Source of the DNA: Rhodobiaceae bacterium
GTDB lineage: Bacteria > Pseudomonadota > Alphaproteobacteria > RS24
Direction of reading: 5' to 3'
DNA: 64,000 bases
Assembly (NCBI GenBank): GCA_018673175.1
Contig: JABHDF010000034.1
Span: forward strand, 7,931-71,930
Below, piece by piece: positions 57,348 through 64,000 of this stretch. The position numbers and the translations under genes were made by a program. The notes beneath the pieces were generated by a model, which saw nothing but the letters and a program-made list of their open reading frames with translations, was not told where the DNA came from and did no database searches. Each line of letters starts with the position of its first letter. Within the stretch, counting starts at the first letter, position 1.

Positions 57348-58745
57348 ATGAGCAATCGCATGTGGGGCGGCCGGTTTGGTAGCGGCCCCGACGACATAAT
57401 GGAAGAGATAAACGCATCCATCGGATTTGACCAGCGTCTGTTTGCGCAAGACATCCGTGGATCTTTGGCGCACGCCGAAATGCTGGTCGCCCAAGGCATT
57501 ATTTCTGCCGAAGACGGCGCCTCCATAAGCCAGGGCTTGACCCAGATACTAGCCGAGATTAACGCCGGCGAGTTTACTTTCTCGCGCGCGCTCGAAGACA
57601 TTCACATGAATATTGAAGCGCGCCTCGCCGAGCTCATCGGCCCGACGGCTGGACGCTTGCATACCGCGCGCTCGCGCAACGACCAAGTGGCAACGGACTT
57701 CCGGCTTTATGTGCGCGATACGCTAGACCATCTGGCCGCGCAAATCAGCACGCTGATGGGTGTTTTGGTAACCAAAGCCGAGGCCCATGCCGATACGATT
57801 ATGCCTGGCTTCACGCATTTGCAGCCCGCCCAACCGGTCAGCTTTGGCCACCATATATTGGCCTATGTGGAAATGCTATCGCGCGACCATAGTCGCCTAA
57901 TGGACGCCCGCAAGCGGATGAATGAAAGCCCGCTGGGGGCTGCTGCTTTGGCGGGCACAGGCTTTGATATCGACCGCCATGCCACGGCCCAAGCTTTGGG
58001 CTTTGACGCCCCCACGGGCAATAGTATGGACAGTGTTTCGGCGCGCGATTTCGCGTTGGAAGCGCTCTCGGCGGCGGCGATTTGCGCCACCCATCTATCG
58101 CGCTTGGCCGAAGAGATTGTGGTTTATACGACGCCGAATTTTGGTTTTTTCACCCTGCCGGATGCGTTTTCGACAGGCTCTTCTATCATGCCGCAAAAAC
58201 GCAATCCCGATGCAGCGGAGCTGATACGGGCCAAATCGGGCCGCATCATCGGCTCGCTCACGGGTCTGTTTATTGTCATGAAGGGTCTGCCGTTGGCTTA
58301 CTCGAAAGATATGCAAGAAGACAAAGAGGGCGTGTTCAATGCGCTCGACAGTCTCTCGCTTTGCCTGGCCGCTATGGCGGGCATGATGGACACATTGGGC
58401 GTCGACAAGACGGCGATGCACCAAGCGGCCAGCAAGGGCTATTCGACGGCTACAGATTTGGCCGATTGGCTGGTGCGCGAGGCGGGTTTACCGTTTCGCG
58501 ATGCCCACCATGCCACGGGCGCTTTGGTGGCTATGGCCGAGGACAAAGCCTGCTTGCTGGATGAGCTGAGCCTCGACGATATGCAAAGCGTCAATGCCAG
58601 CATCACGCAAGGTATTTTCGATGTCTTGAGCGTCGAGAACTCCGTGAAAAGCCGCACCAGTTATGGCGGTACGGCACCCGATAATGTGCGCACCATGGTC
58701 GCAAAATGGCAGGCGTGGCTGAAAGCCACGGAGGCGGCGCAGTGA
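57348..58745 (+). CDS. argH: argininosuccinate lyase
   Basis: [40 protein letters not shown]. Confidence 0.98.
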   Translation: MSNRMWGGRFGSGPDDIMEEINASIGFDQRLFAQDIRGSLAHAEMLVAQGIISAEDGASISQGLTQILAEINAGEFTFSRALEDIHMNIEARLAELIGPTAGRLHTARSRNDQVATDFRLYVRDTLDHLAAQISTLMGVLVTKAEAHADTIMPGFTHLQPAQPVSFGHHILAYVEMLSRDHSRLMDARKRMNESPLGAAALAGTGFDIDRHATAQALGFDAPTGNSMDSVSARDFALEALSAAAICATHLSRLAEEIVVYTTPNFGFFTLPDAFSTGSSIMPQKRNPDAAELIRAKSGRIIGSLTGLFIVMKGLPLAYSKDMQEDKEGVFNALDSLSLCLAAMAGMMDTLGVDKTAMHQAASKGYSTATDLADWLVREAGLPFRDAHHATGALVAMAEDKACLLDELSLDDMQSVNASITQGIFDVLSVENSVKSRTSYGGTAPDNVRTMVAKWQAWLKATEAAQ

Positions 58746-58900
58746 GCTCTGCCTGTCGTCGCCTACGCCCTGGCCTCGCGCTCTTGCTGGTCGTCTTGAT
58801 GGCCAGCGCCACCGCCGCTTGTGGAAAGCGCGGACCGCTTAGTTTGCCAGGCTTACCGCAGGCTTCCATGATAGACGTTTTGGTTGAAATAGAGAGTTAA
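58742..58900 (+). CDS. small lipoprotein, LptM/YifL family
   Basis: GTG start overlapping the argH stop, lipobox TAAC followed by GKRGPL; canonical position between argH and lysA. Confidence 0.75.
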   Translation: MSSACRRLRPGLALLLVVLMASATAACGKRGPLSLPGLPQASMIDVLVEIES

Positions 58901-58901
58901 T

Positions 58902-60170
58902 ATGGATCACTTCCTATATCGCGACGGCGCGTTACATGCCGAAGATGTGGCCATCGCCGAGATGGCGGAAGCCGTTGGCACGCCGTTTTATTGCTATTCC
59001 ACGGCCACATTGCAGCGCCATTTTTCGGTTCTCGACGAAGCGCTCGCAAGCGCTGGCCTGAGCGATCGGATTATCTGCTATTCGGTCAAAGCCAATTCAA
59101 ACTTGGCGGTGATTGCCACTTTGGCAAAACTCGGTGCAGGCGCTGATATCGTATCGCAAGGCGAAATGGTGCGCGCTTTGAAAGCGGGTATTGCGCCACA
59201 AAAAATAGTTTTCTCAGGCGTCGGTAAAACCGCCGAAGAAATGCGCGCCGCCCTAGAGGCCGGCATTTTGCAATTTAACGTCGAGAGCTTGGCAGAAATT
59301 GACCTGCTGGCCGACGTCGCCCAAGCCATGGGCAAAGTGGCCAAAATCGCTCTGCGGGTAAACCCTGACGTAGATGCGGGCACGCATGAGAAAATCTCAA
59401 CGGGTCGCGCCGAAGATAAGTTTGGCATCGCTTGGGATGACGCGGAAGCTGGTTTTGCTCACGCCAAACAGCTGGCAGGCGTCGACGCCACCGGCATTGA
59501 TATTCATATCGGCAGCCAAATTACCGAGCTGGAACCCTTTCGTTTGGCGTTTGAGAAAGTCGCGGGGCTGCTGGCTAATTTGCGCGCCCAAGGCCATACC
59601 ATCGAGCGCCTAGATTTAGGCGGCGGCTTAGGCGTGCCCTATTCGCGCGGCAATGACACCCCGCTAGACCCGGCCACTTATGCAGCCCTGATTGCCGACA
59701 TATTGGGCGAGGCAGGCTGCACGATTATGCTAGAGCCTGGCCGTCTCATTGCTGCCAATGCCGGCATTTTGGTCACCCGCGTTATTCGTGCCAAACAAGG
59801 CAAAGCGAAGAACTTTATGATTGTCGATGCCGCGATGACAGAGCTGATGCGGCCCACCTTGTATGGCGCGTATCACGATATCAAGCCGGTGACGCAAATC
59901 GAAGCCGAAGAGTTGGTGTGGGATGTCGTTGGCCCGGTTTGTGAGAGCGGCGATTTTTTAGGCCAAGACCGCGCCTTACCCGTGCCCGAAGACGGCGATC
60001 TTTTGGCGGTTTTTGCTGCCGGCGCTTATGGCGCGGTTTTAGGCTCGAGCTATAACACCCGCCCTGCCGCGCCGGAGGTTTTGGTAACTGGAGATCAGTT
60101 CGAAGTCGTGCGCGCACGCCCGACCTATGAAGCCATGCTATCGCGCGAGAGCTTGCCGGACTGGCTATAG
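58902..60170 (+). CDS. lysA: diaminopimelate decarboxylase
   Basis: YSVKANSN, FSGVGK, HIGSQ, DLGGG, EPGR, GPVCESGD, GAYG. Confidence 0.97.
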   Translation: MDHFLYRDGALHAEDVAIAEMAEAVGTPFYCYSTATLQRHFSVLDEALASAGLSDRIICYSVKANSNLAVIATLAKLGAGADIVSQGEMVRALKAGIAPQKIVFSGVGKTAEEMRAALEAGILQFNVESLAEIDLLADVAQAMGKVAKIALRVNPDVDAGTHEKISTGRAEDKFGIAWDDAEAGFAHAKQLAGVDATGIDIHIGSQITELEPFRLAFEKVAGLLANLRAQGHTIERLDLGGGLGVPYSRGNDTPLDPATYAALIADILGEAGCTIMLEPGRLIAANAGILVTRVIRAKQGKAKNFMIVDAAMTELMRPTLYGAYHDIKPVTQIEAEELVWDVVGPVCESGDFLGQDRALPVPEDGDLLAVFAAGAYGAVLGSSYNTRPAAPEVLVTGDQFEVVRARPTYEAMLSRESLPDWL

Positions 60171-60246
60171 GCCTTGAAACGGGTGCATCGCGGCGATAAA
60201 TCTGTCACACTGGTGAATAATAAAACCAGACCAAAGGTGTCATTGA

Positions 60247-60915
60247 ATGATTAGATTGGACCATGTTTCGTTGCGCTATGACAGCCGCCGAGATGTTTTG
60301 ACGGATATCACATTGGATATCCCGCAAGGGTCTTTTCGCTTTCTCACGGGCCCATCTGGCGCCGGTAAAACCTCGCTTTTAAAGCTGATTTTCTTAGCCC
60401 ATGCCCCAAGCTCGGGCCAGATTTCTTTGATGGGGCAAGACACCACAAGCATGACCCGAAAAAAGCTGGCGCTGATGCGCCGCCAAATCGGCGTGGTGTT
60501 TCAAGACTTTCGTCTCATCGAACACCTCTCGGTCTATGACAATGTCACCCTGCCCTTGCGCATCGCTGGCCAGCGCCCGTCGCAGTGGCACGATAATGCG
60601 GTGGAGCTGTTAAACTGGGTTGGCTTGGGTGAGCACCTGTCAGCTTTGCCTGCCACTTTATCGGGCGGCGAAAAGCAACGCGTGGCCATCGCGCGCGCCG
60701 TGATGACACGGCCCAAAATTATCATTGCCGATGAGCCCACCGGTAACGTTGACCCTGAAATGGGCGAGCGACTGGTGCGCCTGCTGGTTGAGCTGAACAA
60801 AATGGGCACGACCATTATGATTGCCACGCATGATAAATTTCTCTGGGAGAATTTCGAATTCCCCCGACTGCATCTAGAAGATGGCCAACTCACTGAATTT
60901 GGAGCGGGCGCATGA
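60247..60915 (+). CDS. ftsE: cell division ABC ATPase FtsE
   Basis: GPSGAGKT, RRQIGVVFQDFRL, LSGGEKQR, ADEPTGNVD, ATHD. Confidence 0.92.
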   Translation: MIRLDHVSLRYDSRRDVLTDITLDIPQGSFRFLTGPSGAGKTSLLKLIFLAHAPSSGQISLMGQDTTSMTRKKLALMRRQIGVVFQDFRLIEHLSVYDNVTLPLRIAGQRPSQWHDNAVELLNWVGLGEHLSALPATLSGGEKQRVAIARAVMTRPKIIIADEPTGNVDPEMGERLVRLLVELNKMGTTIMIATHDKFLWENFEFPRLHLEDGQLTEFGAGA

Positions 60916-61766
60916 GCGGCGAGATAAAACCCACCCTGCTGCCCCCCGAAAACTTGGCAGGCCCGGCGCTCAGCGCCGTCACTATGGTGATGACATTTCT
61001 GGCTTGCTTGGCGCTCGGCTGTTCTATTTTGGCCGACCGCGCCGCCGATAGATGGCTGGCGCGTGCCACCAGCGCCATAAGTGTGCAGATTATTGAAACC
61101 ACGCAATTATCGGCCGAAGATCAATTGCCCGCAGTTTTGCGCGAAATTCAAGCGACCCCTGGTATTGGCACCTCGCGCATTTTACCGCGCGATGATTTGG
61201 TAGCTCTCCTAGAGCCTTGGCTGGGAACCGGCAATATTGGCGAAGATATGCCACTGCCTCTGCTCATTGAGATTATCCCCGCAGAGAACGCAAAATTACC
61301 CACCGCCTCGCTCTCGGCTCGATTGAAAGCCGTCGCGCCTGGCGCGCGTCTCGACACGCATGGCAGATGGCGCGAAACGCTAGAGGGCACGGCCAGAGCG
61401 CTAGAGTTATTTGCCGCGCTGGTGCTGGCCATGGTCACGCTGGCCACGGCCACCGTTATTTTATTTGCCACCCGTGCGGGACTTTTGGCCAATGAAGAAA
61501 TTCTCAATGTGCTGCACCAGATTGGCGCCCACGACGGCTATATTTCGCGCCGCTTCGAGGGCCATTTCGTCCGCGTCGTCAGCCTCGCGGCGATGGCGGG
61601 ATTGGCGGCGGCGCTGGTGTTTTTCTATGCACTTGGCGGGCTCATAGCGGAGGCTCGCGACCTTAATTTTCTCATTTACCTAACCCCCTTGCCATTGGCC
61701 GCCATTGTGCTGAGCTGGCAAGTGACGCGGCGCTACGTGCTTCGCAACTTGCGCGCGCAGCTGTAA
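60912..61766 (+). CDS. ftsX: cell division permease FtsX
   Basis: MTFLACL, LLEPWLG, LP.LIEI, ATRAGL, VLHQIGA.D.YI...F; coupled to ftsE. Confidence 0.88.
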   Translation: MSGEIKPTLLPPENLAGPALSAVTMVMTFLACLALGCSILADRAADRWLARATSAISVQIIETTQLSAEDQLPAVLREIQATPGIGTSRILPRDDLVALLEPWLGTGNIGEDMPLPLLIEIIPAENAKLPTASLSARLKAVAPGARLDTHGRWRETLEGTARALELFAALVLAMVTLATATVILFATRAGLLANEEILNVLHQIGAHDGYISRRFEGHFVRVVSLAAMAGLAAALVFFYALGGLIAEARDLNFLIYLTPLPLAAIVLSWQVTRRYVLRNLRAQL

Positions 61767-61776
61767 GGGAGCGAGG

Positions 61777-62406
61777 ATGTCTCGATTTTCAGATATCGAA
61801 GGCGACAAACGCCGACAGCTCTGGAGCACGGCCCGCTGGATCCTTGCCGGTGGCGTTGGCTTATATATTTTTAGCTTTATCTTATTTGCCGAGAGCCTAT
61901 CCAACCAACACACACAAGCCCCGCAGGCCGATGCCATCGTGGTTTTAACAGGCGGCACAACGGCGCGCATTGAAACAGGACTGGCTTTGCTTGCCGCCAA
62001 GCAAGGCCAACGCCTACTCATCACAGGCGTATATGAGGACTTAGATTTCGAAACCGTCATGACCATGGCCCCGAAGGTGACGCAGCGCCAATCGGCAGCC
62101 CTGCGCTGCTGCCTTGACCTAGACTATAAGGCAGGCAACACCGTCGCCAATGCTCGCGAGACCCGGCAATGGGTAGATGTACATGGCTTTCGCTCCCTCA
62201 TCGTGGTGACCAGCGCCCAGCATATGCCGCGCGCCTTTTTAGAGCTGCGAAATGCCATGCCCAAAATTCGGCTATCGGCTTACCCCGTAGTTGTGCCGCA
62301 AGTTAAATTGAAATATTGGTTCGCCTATCCAGGCACAATGGCTCTTTTATTGGGCGAATATACGCGCTTTCTCTGGGCCCTTACGGGTTTGACGAGTGCC
62401 AGTTAG
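61777..62406 (+). CDS. YdcF/DUF218 family protein
   Basis: ADAIVVLTGG, LLITGV, NT..NA.E...W, VVTS..HMPRA. Confidence 0.88.
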   Translation: MSRFSDIEGDKRRQLWSTARWILAGGVGLYIFSFILFAESLSNQHTQAPQADAIVVLTGGTTARIETGLALLAAKQGQRLLITGVYEDLDFETVMTMAPKVTQRQSAALRCCLDLDYKAGNTVANARETRQWVDVHGFRSLIVVTSAQHMPRAFLELRNAMPKIRLSAYPVVVPQVKLKYWFAYPGTMALLLGEYTRFLWALTGLTSAS

Positions 62407-62413
62407 GGATTTT

Positions 62414-63406
62414 ATGCGGTCTGTTTTTTCTCATCCTCGGTTTTGGCTGTTCGCACCTTTTGTTGCCCTGCTGGCCTTAAGTTTGATGGCATTCGGTTTA
62501 TGGCAATATGCCAGCGAGCGCATTCGCAGCGATTTGGCGGATTTTGGGCTGACCTGGCAAAGCGTCAGCCGAAATGGATTTCCAGCCCGAATTACCTTCG
62601 ACGTCACCGCACCGCGCTTGGTGCAAGAGAAGATAACTTGGAGCAATCCAGAGTTAACGGCCACCCTCATGCCCTTTACTTTGGGGCTAAACGACAGCCA
62701 TGGCGTGGTCGACTTTCTCGGCACACATGAGATTACCCTGCCCGCGGGCGATTTTACCCTATCGCATGACGGCAATTTAATGAGCCTGCTATTGGCCCAC
62801 GATGGCCTGCTGCGCGCCTCTTTTGAGATGAGCCAACCGGTTCTAAACGGCGTTCTTACGAACCAAGTCGGGCGCCCGAAACTGCATATAGAAGCGGAAA
62901 CACTGGGCCTGCATATTCGGCGTAGCGACAAGCAAAGCCAGACCCTCGACCCCATGGATGTTGCGGTGCAGCTGAAAAACGGGAGCTTCATTCAGCCCAC
63001 AAACCGGCAAGCCGAGGCGTTTCGTAGATTGGATATTCTGGCCAGCGTGCCGAAACTATGGTTGCAGAACCGCCTGCAAGCTGGCGATATTTTGCGGCTC
63101 GACCGGCTGACCTTAGAGCGCAAAGACCTGACCATCGTGGCGCGCGGCACGCTAAAATTACATGCGCGCGGCTACCTTCAAGGCACCCTAGATCTTAACT
63201 TGGTCAATCTCACGGCCCTTTTGGATGCGCTTCAAGAAGCCAATATTCTCTCGGTGCGCGACCGTGCCAAATGGATGTTCTTGGGCGGTCTGGGCGCCGC
63301 TCTTGGAGGCGACACGCAAGATCGGCTATCCGTACCCTTACAGTTTAAAAACGGGAGAACCCATTTGGGGGCCCTCGATTTAGGGCCCGCGCCCTATTGG
63401 CAATAG
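62414..63406 (+). CDS. DUF2125-like protein
   Basis: N-terminal TM helix, GFP.R motif, G.L.G.LDL, C-terminal LG.L.LGPAP; position next to tyrC. Confidence 0.68.
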   Translation: MRSVFSHPRFWLFAPFVALLALSLMAFGLWQYASERIRSDLADFGLTWQSVSRNGFPARITFDVTAPRLVQEKITWSNPELTATLMPFTLGLNDSHGVVDFLGTHEITLPAGDFTLSHDGNLMSLLLAHDGLLRASFEMSQPVLNGVLTNQVGRPKLHIEAETLGLHIRRSDKQSQTLDPMDVAVQLKNGSFIQPTNRQAEAFRRLDILASVPKLWLQNRLQAGDILRLDRLTLERKDLTIVARGTLKLHARGYLQGTLDLNLVNLTALLDALQEANILSVRDRAKWMFLGGLGAALGGDTQDRLSVPLQFKNGRTHLGALDLGPAPYWQ

Positions 63407-63415
63407 TCGGCTGAA

Positions 63416-64000
63416 TTATTCGTCGCGGCCGAAATTCGCCGCATCGGTATCTTGCCCGGCTTCCACAACTGACTGGCGAATGCCGCGCGTGCGGGTGAAC
63501 ACTTCTTCCAAATAGTCGGCATCACTATGGCGAATGGCGCGTTGTAGCGCTGTGAGATCTTCGCTGAAACGTCCCAAGACTTCTAACACCGCGTCTTTGT
63601 TTTCGATGAAAATATCGCGCCACATAATCGGATCCGATGCCGCAATGCGGGTGAAGTCGCGAAAGCCAGAGGCGGAATATTTGATCACTTCCGAACGCGT
63701 ATCGTTTTCCAATTGCGCGGCCGTGCCGACAATATTAAAGGCGATGAGATGCGGCAGATGACTGGTAATCGCCAGCACCAAATCATGGTGCGCGGCGTCC
63801 ATGAAGGTCACTTCCGAACCCATGCCTTGCCACAGTTTCGACACCTGCTCGACGGCGATGAGACTGGTTTTGTCATCCGGGGTAAGAATGCACCAACGCC
63901 CTTCAAACAATTCGGCAAAGCCCGCCGTGGGCCCCGATTCTTCCGTGCCTGCAATCGGGTGCCCGGGCACGAAATGCACCCGTTTGTCCAAGAGAGGCGA
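63416..64000 (-). CDS. tyrC: prephenate/cyclohexadienyl dehydrogenase, 5' end outside window
   Basis: GHPIAGTE.SGP, HD.VLAITSHLPH, SGFRDFTRIAASDP.MW; frame is open to the window edge. Confidence 0.92.
   Translation of the reverse strand, partial: SPLLDKRVHFVPGHPIAGTEESGPTAGFAELFEGRWCILTPDDKTSLIAVEQVSKLWQGMGSEVTFMDAAHHDLVLAITSHLPHLIAFNIVGTAAQLENDTRSEVIKYSASGFRDFTRIAASDPIMWRDIFIENKDAVLEVLGRFSEDLTALQRAIRHSDADYLEEVFTRTRGIRQSVVEAGQDTDAANFGRDE

Overview
A compact, gene-dense (moderately GC-rich) stretch of alphaproteobacterial core chromosome. Gene order and content suggest a Rhizobiales/Parvibaculales-like lineage; this is inference only. It runs from a partial ptsP through lysC, ubiG, comF, mutT, argJ, secA, accA, xerD, aroKB, bolA-J-protein-cobS-cobT, rpmB, a Suv3-like helicase, hslR, fdxA, carD and rpoH to tRNA-Arg(CCT). 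A roughly 10 kb lipid/redox block follows, then tRNA-Leu(CAA), a ClC homologue, coq7, HNH, alkA, gluQ, mcd, etfBA, hbd, argH, lysA, ftsEX and a partial tyrC. I found no prophage, IS, CRISPR array or rRNA, and no clearly new self-contained system. The best leads are: a ClC homologue lacking both proton-coupling glutamates; a CarD with an N-terminal histone-H1-like KKPAA tail; an unannotated 45-aa membrane protein plus an 831-aa exported protein coupled to xerD; a J-protein/AAA+/VWA module usually labelled cobST; Coq4 and Coq7 homologues; a LexA box and NrdR-like box upstream of the helicase; several apparently leaderless genes; and many short in-frame tandem duplications. All calls come from motif recognition by eye; no searches were run.
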